From: Oscillospiraceae bacterium
GTDB lineage: Bacteria; Bacillota; Clostridia; Oscillospirales; CAG-272
NCBI GenBank assembly: GCA_015065385.1
Contig: SVQK01000009.1
Location: 18,021 to 82,020 of the forward strand
Direction of reading: 5' to 3'
Length of the DNA stretch: 64,000 nt
Positions 8,346-18,334 of the stretch are shown here, one piece after another (within the stretch, counting starts at the first letter, position 1; the number at the start of each line of letters is the position of its first letter). Below the pieces are notes generated by a model. That model made no database searches, was not told the origin of the DNA, and worked only from the letters and a program-made list of their open reading frames with translations. The translations under genes and the position numbers were made by a program.

Positions 8346-10442
8346 ATGTTCGAGAACTACAGAACCTTCTCCTATGATTTTGCCGGAAAGCCGCTCGTGC
8401 TCGAAACCGGCAAAATGGCGGGCCTTGCCAACGGCTCCGTCCTCGTCCGCTACGGCGACACCGCGATTCTCGCCTGCGCCACCGCCTCCGCGAAACCCCG
8501 CGACGGCATCGACTTCCTCCCCCTGTCCATCGACTTCGAGGAGAGACTTTACGCCGTGGGCCGGATACCCGGTTCCTACCTCAAGAGAGAGGGCAGACCG
8601 AGCGAAAAGGCCATCCTCACCGCCCGCGTCATCGACCGCCCCATCCGTCCGCTCTTCCCGAAGGATCTGCGCAACGACGTGGTGATCTCCCTGCTGGTTC
8701 TGGCCGTGGATCACGACTCCTCCCCCGAGATCGCCGGCATGATCGGCGCGTCCGCGGCTCTGGCCATCTCCGATATTCCGTGGAACGGCCCGATCGGCGG
8801 CGTGTTCGTCGGCCTGACCGAGGAAGAGGGACTCATCATCAACCCCACCGCGGAGCAGAGAGAGCGTTCCATCCTCGAGCTGACCGTGGCCGGCACAAAG
8901 GAAAAGGTCGTCATGATCGAGGCGGGCGCCGCCGAAGTCACCGACGACAAGATGTACGAGGCCATCATGATCGCGCACGAGGAGATCAAGAAGCTCGTCG
9001 GCTTCATCGACGGCGTCGTGGCCGAGGTCGGCAAGCCGAAGTTCGAGTATCCCTCCATGGAGCTGGATCACGACATGTTCGACGAGATCTTCGCCTACTG
9101 CGAGAAGGACGTCATGAACGCGCTCGACACCGATGACAAGAACGTCCGCGACGAGAGAATGCAGCCCATCGAGGACGACATCCTTGCGAAATTCTCCGAG
9201 AAGTACGAAGGTCTTGACGTGATGCTCCCCGAGCTCATCTACAAGATCCAGAAGAAGATCGTCCGCCGCTGGCTCCTCGAGGACAAAAAGCGTGTGGACG
9301 GCAGACGCATGGACCAGATCCGTCCCCTCGCCGCCGAAGTTCACCTCTTCGACCGCGACCACGGCTCCGGCATGTTCACCAGAGGCCAGACGCAGGTCCT
9401 CACCGTCGCTACTCTCGGCTCCATCGGCGACGTGCAGATGCTGGACGGCATCTCCGAGGAAGAGACGAAGCGGTATATGCACCACTACAACATGCCCGGC
9501 TATTCCGTCGGCGAGGCCAAGGCGTCCCGTTCCCCCGGCAGACGCGAGATCGGCCACGGCGCGCTTGCCGAGCGTGCGCTGATCCCCGTTCTTCCCTCCG
9601 TGGATGAATTCCCCTACGCCATCCGCTGCGTCTCCGAGGTCATCAGCTCCAACGGCTCCACCTCTCAGGCGTCCGTCTGCGGCTCCACCCTCGCTCTCAT
9701 GGACGCGGGCGTTCCGATCAAGGCTCCCGTCGCCGGTATCTCCTGCGGTCTGATCACCGCCGAGGACGGCAGCTGGACCACCATGATCGACATTCAGGGC
9801 CTCGAGGACTTCTACGGCGACATGGACTTCAAGGTGGCCGGCACCCACAAGGGCATCACCGCCATCCAGATGGACCTCAAGATCGACGGTCTGACCCCCG
9901 AGATCATCAAGGAAGCGCTGGCCGTCACCCATAAGGGCCGCGACTATATCATCGACGAAGTGCTGCTCAAGGCCATTCCCGCTCCTCGCGCCGAGGTTTC
10001 CGAGTACGCTCCCAAGATGATTTCCATGAAGGTTCCGGTCGAGAAGATCTCCGAGATCATCGGCTCCAAGGGCAAGGTCATTCAGGGCATTCAGGCCGAC
10101 ACCGGCGCGAAGGTGGACATCGAGGACGACGGTTCCGTGTTCATCTCCGGCATCGACAAGGACGGCATCATCGCCGCCCAGAAGATGATTCAGGGCATCA
10201 TTTTCGAGCCCGAGATCGGCGCGATCTACGAAGGCGTCGTGACCCGGATCATCCCGATCGGCGCGTTTGTCGAATTTGCCCCCAAGAAGGAAGGCATGGT
10301 CCACATCTCCAAGCTCGACAAGAAGCGCACGGAGAAGGTCGAGGACGTCTGCAACGTGGGCGACCGCATCCGCGTCAAGTTCCTTGGCACCGACGAGAAG
10401 GGCCGCTTCAACCTCTCCCGCCGCGACGCCATGGACGACTGA
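8346..10442 (+). CDS. pnp: Polyribonucleotide nucleotidyltransferase (PNPase)
   Basis: 698 aa. Two RNase PH-like domains, then KH (ISEIIGSKGKVIQ) and S1 (GVVTRIIPIGAFVEF) domains. Confidence 0.97.
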   Translation: MFENYRTFSYDFAGKPLVLETGKMAGLANGSVLVRYGDTAILACATASAKPRDGIDFLPLSIDFEERLYAVGRIPGSYLKREGRPSEKAILTARVIDRPIRPLFPKDLRNDVVISLLVLAVDHDSSPEIAGMIGASAALAISDIPWNGPIGGVFVGLTEEEGLIINPTAEQRERSILELTVAGTKEKVVMIEAGAAEVTDDKMYEAIMIAHEEIKKLVGFIDGVVAEVGKPKFEYPSMELDHDMFDEIFAYCEKDVMNALDTDDKNVRDERMQPIEDDILAKFSEKYEGLDVMLPELIYKIQKKIVRRWLLEDKKRVDGRRMDQIRPLAAEVHLFDRDHGSGMFTRGQTQVLTVATLGSIGDVQMLDGISEEETKRYMHHYNMPGYSVGEAKASRSPGRREIGHGALAERALIPVLPSVDEFPYAIRCVSEVISSNGSTSQASVCGSTLALMDAGVPIKAPVAGISCGLITAEDGSWTTMIDIQGLEDFYGDMDFKVAGTHKGITAIQMDLKIDGLTPEIIKEALAVTHKGRDYIIDEVLLKAIPAPRAEVSEYAPKMISMKVPVEKISEIIGSKGKVIQGIQADTGAKVDIEDDGSVFISGIDKDGIIAAQKMIQGIIFEPEIGAIYEGVVTRIIPIGAFVEFAPKKEGMVHISKLDKKRTEKVEDVCNVGDRIRVKFLGTDEKGRFNLSRRDAMDD

Positions 10443-10481
10443 TCGCGGACGGACGAACAGAATACAGTGAACCGGCAGGAT

Positions 10482-10522
10482 CCGCCGTCTCTCTCATTCC
10501 GGGAGGCACGGCGGGTCTTTTT
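10482..10522 (+). terminator. Rho-independent terminator of pnp
   Basis: CCGCCGU (10482-10488) / ACGGCGG (10508-10514), followed by GUCUUUUU. Confidence 0.65.
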
Positions 10523-10552
10523 CGATTCGCGCGCCTTTTTTTCCCGCGCATC

Positions 10553-10581
10553 TTGATTTATCCGCCGGGATAATCTATAAT
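10553..10581 (+). promoter_or_regulatory. sigma-A promoter of the VanY-like gene
   Basis: TTGATT (10553-10558), 17 nt, TATAAT (10576-10581). Confidence 0.55.
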
Positions 10582-10604
10582 ATAGAATAGTATAGTGTCA
10601 TCAA

Positions 10605-12311
10605 ATGAAGGAACCTGACGTGAACAACTATCCTGACAACAACAGACAGGGCGCGCAGAACCAGCTCCCCCGCACAGCGTCGGCCAACCGGCAGGGAACC
10701 GTTCGGCAGAACAGCCCGCGGCCGAACGCGCCGATGCAGAACGGAGCGGGACAGACGCCCGTTTATCCGCAGAACCCGCAGAACTATCCGCAGGCTCGCC
10801 CGACGAATCAGCAAACCCGCCCGGCCAATCCGCAGACCGGTTATCCGCAGAACGGCTATCCGCGGCAGAATCCGCAGAATCAGACGGGCTACGCGGGCGC
10901 GTACACTCCCGGACAGCGGCAGCCTCAGCAGCAGCCCGGACAACCGCCGCAGCAGGGACGCGCCTATTCCTACAACCGTCCCGCTTCCGCCACCGGAGCC
11001 GCCTACGGATCCGAACACGCGGCCGGGAGCGCGGCGGGAAGACGGCAGCGTGACGCCATGGTCAACCGGCAGGCCGTCCTGAATCAGAAGCGCGAACCGG
11101 TGAAACGGGTGAAGAAGCCCTTCCGCTTCAACTGGGGCGTGGCGGTGTTCCTGCTCCTCTGCGCCGTGGTCATCGGCGTCTCCGTCTGGCAGATCCAGAA
11201 AGCGGGATGGAACGAGACCGGGATCGCCGCGCCGTCCGGACCCGTGGTCAACGCGGAGCCCGGTACATCCGGGAACGGACTGCCCGACGCGCCGACAGCC
11301 GGTGAGACCGGTACGCCCGAGGACAGCGAACCCGCGGGAGCCGTACAGAATACGGACGATCCGGCCCCGGCGGATCCCGAACCGACGGTCGAACCCACGC
11401 CGGACGACGGAGCCGGAGCCTTGGCGCCCGATACGCCCGCCGAAGATGAGAACGCCGTCAACCTGACGCTTTACGATACCGTAACCGTTCCCAACTCGAG
11501 CCTCAACGTCGGGAACCTGATTCTGGTCAACGCCTCCCACGGATACAGCGCGGGGGACGCCTTCGCCGAGCAGGATCAGCTCCGCAACGCCTACCGGGAC
11601 CGCACCGGACGCCTGAAGGTTGCCGCGACCGATATCGGACTGCTTCCCGTCGCCTTTGACGCGCTGGAGAGGATGGTCATCGATCTCGAGGAGGACACGG
11701 GATCCCACGATCTGCTTATCACGAGCGGTCACCGCACCGTGGCGGAGCAGCAGGAGGTCTGGGACTACTATCTGAATCAGAACGGCGAGGAGTACACGAA
11801 CGCCTACGTTGCGAAGCCCGGCTACAGCGAGCACAATACCGGTCTCGCCTGCGACGTCTCGTTCTACACCGACGAGGGCGCGTCCATTCCGGTGGCCTCC
11901 TACGAGCACGGCTGGTGGCTGGGGGAAAACTGCATGCGCGAGGGCTTCATCCGCCGCTATCCGGAGGATAAGGTCGAGATCACCGGCATTTCCAACGAGC
12001 CGTGGCACTTCCGCTACGTCGGGATCCCGCACGCGTGGGTCTGCGCGAAACGGAACTGGTGCCTCGAGGAGTATATCGAGGGCGTGAAGGCCTATTCCTC
12101 CGACGGGATCATGCTGTACGTCACCGCCGACGGCTCCGTCTCCGAAGTGGACGTGCGCGACGGGCTCCCGACCTCCGGCGGATGGCTGGTGTATTACGTT
12201 CCGAAAGGCTCGGTCGGAGGGCAGACGGAGATCAGGGTCCCGCGCGGCTCCGATTACGAGATCTCCGGCAACAACGCGGACGGCTTCATCGTCACGATCG
12301 ACCTCCGCTGA
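10605..12311 (+). CDS. Membrane-anchored D-alanyl-D-alanine carboxypeptidase, VanY / peptidase M15B family, with a long Q/N/P/Y-rich N-terminal tail
   Basis: 568 aa. TM segment FNWGVAVFLLLCAVVIGVSVW. C-terminal motifs SGHRTVAEQ, GYSEHNTGLACDV and EPWHFRYVG are the M15B zinc-peptidase motifs. The start is ambiguous: ATG 10605 lacks an SD, while GTG 10620 follows AAGGAA. Confidence 0.85.
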   Translation: MKEPDVNNYPDNNRQGAQNQLPRTASANRQGTVRQNSPRPNAPMQNGAGQTPVYPQNPQNYPQARPTNQQTRPANPQTGYPQNGYPRQNPQNQTGYAGAYTPGQRQPQQQPGQPPQQGRAYSYNRPASATGAAYGSEHAAGSAAGRRQRDAMVNRQAVLNQKREPVKRVKKPFRFNWGVAVFLLLCAVVIGVSVWQIQKAGWNETGIAAPSGPVVNAEPGTSGNGLPDAPTAGETGTPEDSEPAGAVQNTDDPAPADPEPTVEPTPDDGAGALAPDTPAEDENAVNLTLYDTVTVPNSSLNVGNLILVNASHGYSAGDAFAEQDQLRNAYRDRTGRLKVAATDIGLLPVAFDALERMVIDLEEDTGSHDLLITSGHRTVAEQQEVWDYYLNQNGEEYTNAYVAKPGYSEHNTGLACDVSFYTDEGASIPVASYEHGWWLGENCMREGFIRRYPEDKVEITGISNEPWHFRYVGIPHAWVCAKRNWCLEEYIEGVKAYSSDGIMLYVTADGSVSEVDVRDGLPTSGGWLVYYVPKGSVGGQTEIRVPRGSDYEISGNNADGFIVTIDLR

Positions 12312-12470
12312 CCGGATTTTCCGCGTTTTTCCGGTTCTTCCGCCTCTCTTTCCCCATCGTTCAGCGAACCTTTGACTCGCCGTCATATTCCCGTCACATT
12401 GGGAGGATATAATGACGGCGTAAACGAAAAGGAAGCCGGACGGACTCCCCTCCGGAGAAAGGGAACAGAT

Positions 12471-14366
12471 ATGAAGGACTACGAAAACGAAGACATGATG
12501 ATCGGCGAATCGGACGCGAACGAAGAGAACAGCGCAGTCGAAGAGAACAGCAGCGAAAACGAAACGGTCGGCGCCGCGGAAGAAACGATCGGCGAGATTA
12601 TTGAAGAGACCCTGAGCGAAGAGCGCGACACCGTGAAGAACACGGTCGATGAAGCGGAAACGGTGATCCGCGAGGCCGTCGCCGAAACCGTCCGGGCAGA
12701 CGCGCCTCAGCCTACGAACCCCGCGCCCGCGCACTACGTCCAGGCGGAACCCATGCCCTATGTGCGCCCGGCAGAACAGCCTCAGCCCGTACAGAGCAAT
12801 CCGGCGTACGGATACGGTCAGCCGCATTCCGCTCCCGGGACCGCATGGAACGCGCCCGCCGCCCAGACTCCCCTGAACGCGCAGAACGGGAACGCCGCTC
12901 GCCCCGCTCCTCAGGCAGCCTATACTCCTTACGGCGCGCAGCAGCAGACTCAGGCGGGGATCTGGTCCCCCTATCCGAACGGCGCATACGGCGGAAGCGC
13001 TCAGAACGCCCGGTCCGCCTATCAGGGACAGACCTATAACGCCTACGCCGCAAGAACGGCCTCCCCCGCGGCAAACGGAGGAGAACAGGGTATTTCCTAC
13101 GCCCCCGCGAAGAAGAAGGAGAAGAAGACCGTCGGACTGAAAGCGGTCGCGGCGATCTGCGCGGTGTGCGTGCTGCTCTCCGGCGCGTTCGGATTCGGGG
13201 GCACGGTGCTGGCGAACCGTCTGACCGGCCAAAACGGATCCGTCCAGACGACGACCGACAGTCAGCGTCCCGCGGCTCTTGCGTCCGGCGGCGAATCCGT
13301 CGTGATCTACAAGTCCGTGGACGACGTGGCGACCTCCACCGCGGCCACCTCCGGCGGGGATCTGACCTACGCGCAGGTGGCGGCCCTCGTGAAGGATTCC
13401 GTCGTGGAGATCAACACCGAGTACACCGTCCGCAACTCCTGGTTCCAGTACACCACGGGCGGCGCGGGCTCCGGCGTGATCATCTCAGAGGACGGGTACG
13501 TCATCACCAACGCCCATGTGGTTCTCGACGAACAGATGGCCAATATCGCCGACAACGTGGTGGTCCGCCTCACCGACGGCGAGGAATACACGGCGGAGGT
13601 TCAGCGGTTCGACGCCGACGAGGACATTGCGATCCTCAAGATCAACGCGTCCGGCCTCACTCCCGCCAGAGTCGGCGACAGCGACAGGCTGGTGGTCGGC
13701 GAAGAACTGGTGATCGTCGGCAACCCGCTCGGCGAACTGGGCGGTTCCGTGAGCAACGGCATCGTTTCCGCGACCGAACGTGAGATCCAGGTGGGCGGCG
13801 TGAGCATGCGCCTGATCCAGACCAACGCGGCGGTCAACCCCGGCAACTCCGGCGGCGGCATGTTCAATATGAAGGGACAGCTCGTCGGCATCGTGAACGC
13901 CAAGTCCTCCGGCTCCGGCATCGAGGGCCTCGGCTTCGCCATTCCGATCAATCAGGCCCTGACCGTCACCGAACAGTTGCTGACCTACGGCTACGTCCGC
14001 GGCAAGCCCATGATCGGCGTCAGCTTCGAGGACGTCTCCGGCTCCAACTATTTCTTCTACTACAGCGTCAAGTCCGGCGTGTATGTCAGAAGCCTGACGC
14101 CCGGCATGAACGACAACGTTCTGAAGGAGGGCGACCGGGTGATCGCGGTCAACGGCGAGGAAATCTCCTCCTCCGACGACATCAAGGCCATCATCTACGC
14201 CTCGAACATCGGCGACAAGCTCCTCTTCCAGCTCTACCGCGACAACAGGCTCATGGAGGTCGAGGTCACCTGCTACGAGCGCACGCCCGAGACCACCGGC
14301 TCGTCCATCTCCTTCGGCACGGAAGAGGTTCCCGGGTCTCTCGACGACTTCTTCGGGGGCAGATGA
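12471..14366 (+). CDS. htrA: HtrA/DegP-family serine protease (S1C) with PDZ domain and disordered N-terminal tail
   Basis: Start re-set to ATG 12471 (MKDYENED), in frame with track ORF 12372. TM segment AVAAICAVCVLLSGAFGFGG. Catalytic motifs ITNAHVV, DIAILKI and GNSGGGMFN. C-terminal PDZ. Confidence 0.9.
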   Translation: MKDYENEDMMIGESDANEENSAVEENSSENETVGAAEETIGEIIEETLSEERDTVKNTVDEAETVIREAVAETVRADAPQPTNPAPAHYVQAEPMPYVRPAEQPQPVQSNPAYGYGQPHSAPGTAWNAPAAQTPLNAQNGNAARPAPQAAYTPYGAQQQTQAGIWSPYPNGAYGGSAQNARSAYQGQTYNAYAARTASPAANGGEQGISYAPAKKKEKKTVGLKAVAAICAVCVLLSGAFGFGGTVLANRLTGQNGSVQTTTDSQRPAALASGGESVVIYKSVDDVATSTAATSGGDLTYAQVAALVKDSVVEINTEYTVRNSWFQYTTGGAGSGVIISEDGYVITNAHVVLDEQMANIADNVVVRLTDGEEYTAEVQRFDADEDIAILKINASGLTPARVGDSDRLVVGEELVIVGNPLGELGGSVSNGIVSATEREIQVGGVSMRLIQTNAAVNPGNSGGGMFNMKGQLVGIVNAKSSGSGIEGLGFAIPINQALTVTEQLLTYGYVRGKPMIGVSFEDVSGSNYFFYYSVKSGVYVRSLTPGMNDNVLKEGDRVIAVNGEEISSSDDIKAIIYASNIGDKLLFQLYRDNRLMEVEVTCYERTPETTGSSISFGTEEVPGSLDDFFGGR

Positions 14367-14471
14367 TTCAGCCGGGGGATCGCGGCGAAACAGGACAACA
14401 GAATCAACATCATTCCGCGGGGAGAGCGTCTCAGGTGGCGTTCCTCCCCGCTAAAGGTTCAGGAGAAGGCT

Positions 14472-15176
14472 ATGTATCACATTCTTGTTGTGGACGACGA
14501 GGAAATGATCCGCAAGCTGATCGCCAAATACGCGGTCTACGAGGGACACACGGTCACCGAGGCCGCGGACGGCATGGAGGCCATCGAACAAGTGAAGAGC
14601 GGGAGCTTCGATCTCATGATCATCGACATCATGATGCCGGAGCTGGACGGCTTTTCCGCCTGCCGCGAGATCCGGAAATTCTCCGCGATCCCGATCATCA
14701 TGCTCTCAGCGCGGGGCGAGGAGTACGACAAGATCAACGGCTTCGAGCTGGGGATCGACGACTATGTGGTCAAGCCCTTCTCCCCGAAGGAACTGATGCT
14801 CCGGGTGAACGCCGTCATGAAGCGGGCCGCGGGACGTCAGGGCGCGGAGCGGGAGCCCGAGGAGTCCCGGAACGAGATCGTGGAGCTGGCCGACGGCGGT
14901 CTTCGCGCGGATCTCACGGCGCGGATCGTCTATGTGGACGGCAAACGGGCCGACATGACTCCGAAGGAATACGACCTGTTCTTCTATATGCTGAAAAACC
15001 GGAATATCGCCCTGACCCGGGAAAAGCTGATCACCGAGGTCTGGGGCTACGACTATTTCGGCGACGACCGGACGCTCGATACGCACATCAAGCTCCTGCG
15101 CAAGAGCCTCGGCAGGTACGCTGATTTCATCGTCACGCTGCGCGGCGTCGGGTACCGGTTCGATGCGGACAGATAA
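14472..15176 (+). CDS. OmpR-family response regulator (CssR-like)
   Basis: 234 aa. Receiver motifs ILVVDDE, DLMIIDIMMPELDG and KPF. Winged-helix output domain LTPKEYDLFFYM...GVGYRF. Confidence 0.93.
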   Translation: MYHILVVDDEEMIRKLIAKYAVYEGHTVTEAADGMEAIEQVKSGSFDLMIIDIMMPELDGFSACREIRKFSAIPIIMLSARGEEYDKINGFELGIDDYVVKPFSPKELMLRVNAVMKRAAGRQGAEREPEESRNEIVELADGGLRADLTARIVYVDGKRADMTPKEYDLFFYMLKNRNIALTREKLITEVWGYDYFGDDRTLDTHIKLLRKSLGRYADFIVTLRGVGYRFDADR

Positions 15177-16683
15177 AAAAAGCGGCGCGGCAGCCGGGGG
15201 CAGGGGATCCGGGATCTCCTTCCGGACGCGGATGATTTTTGCGTTCGGGCTCTTTACCGCGATCGTCATCATTCTTTTGTGGATGTTCCAGACGCTGTGG
15301 CTCGACGATATCTACCGCTCTCTGAAACTGCGGGAGCTGGACCGGTGCGCGGACGCCGCCGTATCCGCCGCTGCCTCCTCGGACGACGCGGACGCTTTCG
15401 ACGACGCGCTCAGCGATCTGGCGAAGAAATACGAGATCTGCCTTTCCCTCTACCGGATCAGCGGGACCTCGGCCTCGCCTGTGACGAAAAAGCACGTCAA
15501 CTCCTTCTGCTATATACACAATTCCTCGAGCAACGACACGCTGAACCGCTTCTACTGGAGCGCGGCCAAGGCCGGCGGGGAATACACGGAGCTGATTTCG
15601 CTGAACAGCCTGTTCGGAAGGAACCGGGGCGGGGAAATGGCCGCGGACGCCGGTGAGAACATGATCTCCGTGCGCCTCCTCTCCGAGGGCGACTCCACGC
15701 TCATGCTGCTGTTCAATACGGAGCTTGTGCCTCTGAGCTCGACGGTCAAGACCCTGAACGCGCAGCTTGTGTGGATCACGGCGATCCTTCTCGTGATCGG
15801 CGTCGCGCTGGCGCTGTTCCTGTCCGACCGCATGTCGAAGCCGATCCGGCAGATGAGCGGGGAAGCGTCTCGGCTCGCGCTCGGGGATTACAACGTCAAC
15901 TTTGACGGGAGCGGATGCGCGGAAACGGAAAATCTGTCCGCTACCCTGAACCGGGCGGCGTACGAGCTCGGACGGCTTGACCGGATGCAGAAGGATCTCA
16001 TCGCCAACGTGTCCCACGACCTGCGCACGCCCCTGACCATGATCGCGGGCTATACGGAGATCATGCGGGACATTCCCGGCGAGGCGACTCCGGAAAACTT
16101 CCAGATCGTGCTGGACGAGTGCGACCGCTTGACGAATCTCGTGACGGACATGCTCGAGGTTTCGAAATACCAGAACGGAACGCAGAAGCTGAACGTGACC
16201 CTGTTCAACTTCACGGACGTGATCCGGCGCACGCTCGAACGGTATCAGAAGCTGCGGGAGCACGACGGCTATGTGATCCGGTTCGAGTCGGAGCGGGACG
16301 TCTTTGTGAAGGGCGACGAGGGACGGCTTCTTCAGGTGATCTATAACCTTGTGAACAACGCCGTGAACTATACGGGAGCCGACAAGACGGTGGTGATCCG
16401 TCAGACGGAGACCGTCGGAGAGGACGGCAGCCCGGAAGTCCTCGTGGAAGTGATCGACACGGGCGACGGCATCCCGGAGGAGGATCTGCCCCTTGTGTGG
16501 GAGCGCTATTATAAAGCCCGCGATTTCCACAAGAGGGCGAATATGGGAACGGGCCTCGGTCTCTCCATCGTCCGGGGGATCCTTCTGCTCCACAACGCCA
16601 GCTTCGGCGTCCAGAGCAAGGTCGGCTCCGGCAGCAACTTCTGGTTCCGCCTGAAAACCGAACCCGCTCCGGCCGAGCAGTGA
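15163..16683 (+). CDS. Sensor histidine kinase (CssS-like)
   Basis: 506 aa, overlaps the regulator by 14 nt. Two TM segments flank an extracytoplasmic loop. H-box VSHDLRTPL. N and G boxes NLVNNAVNYT and GTGLGLSIV. Confidence 0.9.
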   Translation: MRTDKKSGAAAGGRGSGISFRTRMIFAFGLFTAIVIILLWMFQTLWLDDIYRSLKLRELDRCADAAVSAAASSDDADAFDDALSDLAKKYEICLSLYRISGTSASPVTKKHVNSFCYIHNSSSNDTLNRFYWSAAKAGGEYTELISLNSLFGRNRGGEMAADAGENMISVRLLSEGDSTLMLLFNTELVPLSSTVKTLNAQLVWITAILLVIGVALALFLSDRMSKPIRQMSGEASRLALGDYNVNFDGSGCAETENLSATLNRAAYELGRLDRMQKDLIANVSHDLRTPLTMIAGYTEIMRDIPGEATPENFQIVLDECDRLTNLVTDMLEVSKYQNGTQKLNVTLFNFTDVIRRTLERYQKLREHDGYVIRFESERDVFVKGDEGRLLQVIYNLVNNAVNYTGADKTVVIRQTETVGEDGSPEVLVEVIDTGDGIPEEDLPLVWERYYKARDFHKRANMGTGLGLSIVRGILLLHNASFGVQSKVGSGSNFWFRLKTEPAPAEQ

Positions 16684-16707
16684 GCGGGAATATGAAACGA
16701 GACTGAT

Positions 16708-16757
16708 AAAACCCGCGCGGGGAGATTCGTACGATCTCTTCCGCGCGGGCGTTTTTT
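16708..16757. terminator. Bidirectional terminator between convergent kinase and SBP genes
   Basis: CCCGCGCGG (16712-16720) / CCGCGCGGG (16741-16749). A-run upstream, T-run 16752-16757 downstream. Confidence 0.75.
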
Positions 16758-16771
16758 GATTCTGCCGGAGG

Positions 16772-18289
16772 TTATCCTTCCAGCTTGTCGATGAGCTTCT
16801 TGAGGGTCTTCGCCCATACCTTTTCGTTTTTCTTGAGCGTGGACGCGAACTCGTCGTTCTGGATGTTGTTGTAGAAGATGTCCATCAGGGAGCCGACGGA
16901 GTCGCCCCAGTAGAAGCAGAAGTCGGCCGTGATGCTGTCGTGGATCATGTCGATCATCTGCGCGGTGGTGGCGTCGCGGCTGTATTTGTTTTTCAGCGCG
17001 AGGTCGTAGTACGCCGGGATGACGATCTTCGAGGTCATGGAGCAGTCCGCCTCGAGCCACGTTGCGATCATGGGGATCCGGTCGGCGGGAAGGGTGGTCG
17101 GGCATCCGTAGATCGGCACGCCGTCGTACTGGTTGACCCGGTAGGTCTCCTGCTGGTCGTCGTACTTCGGCAGGGGAATGATCATGAAGTCGGACTCCAT
17201 GCTCCGGACCTTTTCGTTGCCCGCGAGCCCGATGGTGTAGGGGCAGAAGAGCAGCCGGTCCCCGGTGAACATATCCACGGCGGTCCCGTCGAAGTCGGCG
17301 TTGTCGAGCATCAGCGCGTAGTTCGTATTGTAGTAGATGTTGTGGAGCTTGTTGAAGACGTCTACGGTGTGCTCGTTGTTCAGCACGACGGAATAGTTTC
17401 CGCCGTCGTCGATTCCGGTGTAAGTAACGCCGTTTGCGAAGACCATGCCGTTCAGGGTGTGCCCTTTCTGCATGACCACGCCGAACGCGTCCGCCTTGTC
17501 CACCTCGGAGTTGCCGTTCAGATCCTGATAGACGCCCTCGCAGAGAGACGCCATCTTGTCAAGCGTCCATCCGCCCTCCAGCACCATGCCGTAGACGTCC
17601 TCGCCGGGATAGAAGTTGTTGAGGACGGTGTTGTTGACGAACATGGCGTAGATGATGGAGATGAAGTTGTGGGTGAGGTCTTCGGAGAGCCAGTAGATGT
17701 TGTCCTTGTAGTTGATGTTCTCGATGTAGAGCTGACTCCAGTACGGCGCCTGAATGTCGATCGTGTCCATGAAGCCGTTTTCGTTGAGCTTCATCACGAT
17801 CCCGGACGCGGCCAGCGCCACGTTGAACCGGGTGTGTCCCACGAAAACGTCGTAGTCGTCGCTCCCCGCGGTGACGGACTGGGTCGCGGTGGCGGAGAAA
17901 TTGCCGTAGCCCGTCTTCTCGCAGAGCCTCATTCCCGCGTTCATGCGGGAGAGAAGGGCCTCGTTCCTGCGCCAGTACGCGTCGGCGATCGTGGCGTCGA
18001 GCTGCGTGCCGCCGGACGTTCCGTCTTCGTCCAGCTCCACGGAATGGGTTTCCTCCGCGGTGAGGAAGCGGACCTCGTAGCCGTCCCAGTCCATGGTCTC
18101 GGGCAGGTTGTCGAGGTAGGGCTTTTCCGTCTCCTCCGGTTCGGCGTCCACGGCGTCCGCAGCGGAGGGAGAGGACGCGCCGCCCTGTTCTCCGGGATCG
18201 GAGCCGTTGGCGCAGGACGCGAGGGCGGAAAGGGCGAGCAGGCCGGAGAGGGCGGCACAGAGAAGTCGGGAGAGAATGGAGCTTTTCAT
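16772..18289 (-). CDS. Extracellular solute-binding lipoprotein (family-1, LplA/YtcQ-like about 500-aa type), orphan
   Basis: 505 aa. Signal peptide plus lipobox LALSALASC. RBS AGGAGGCAAC-ATG. Paralogous in length and motifs to 49510-51033. No adjacent permease or ATPase genes. Confidence 0.85.
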   Translation of the reverse strand: MKSSILSRLLCAALSGLLALSALASCANGSDPGEQGGASSPSAADAVDAEPEETEKPYLDNLPETMDWDGYEVRFLTAEETHSVELDEDGTSGGTQLDATIADAYWRRNEALLSRMNAGMRLCEKTGYGNFSATATQSVTAGSDDYDVFVGHTRFNVALAASGIVMKLNENGFMDTIDIQAPYWSQLYIENINYKDNIYWLSEDLTHNFISIIYAMFVNNTVLNNFYPGEDVYGMVLEGGWTLDKMASLCEGVYQDLNGNSEVDKADAFGVVMQKGHTLNGMVFANGVTYTGIDDGGNYSVVLNNEHTVDVFNKLHNIYYNTNYALMLDNADFDGTAVDMFTGDRLLFCPYTIGLAGNEKVRSMESDFMIIPLPKYDDQQETYRVNQYDGVPIYGCPTTLPADRIPMIATWLEADCSMTSKIVIPAYYDLALKNKYSRDATTAQMIDMIHDSITADFCFYWGDSVGSLMDIFYNNIQNDEFASTLKKNEKVWAKTLKKLIDKLEG

Positions 18290-18334
18290 GTTGCCTCCTG
18301 TATGTAGAAAGAATTTGAACGGATGGACGGCGGG

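Noticed and set aside
8307-13232. Very long antisense ORFs opposite pnp (8307-10304, 665 aa) and opposite the VanY/HtrA genes (10575-13232, 885 aa). There are similar ones opposite ileS (24760-27831), the fucosidase cluster (59299-61872), tpiA/pgk (5438-6643, 6385-7593) and many others.
   Set aside because: Their translations are Arg/Gly/Pro/Asp/His-rich low-complexity strings with no motifs. They lie exactly antisense to genes with unmistakable family signatures and lack RBSs. This is a typical stop-codon-poor artefact of high-GC DNA.
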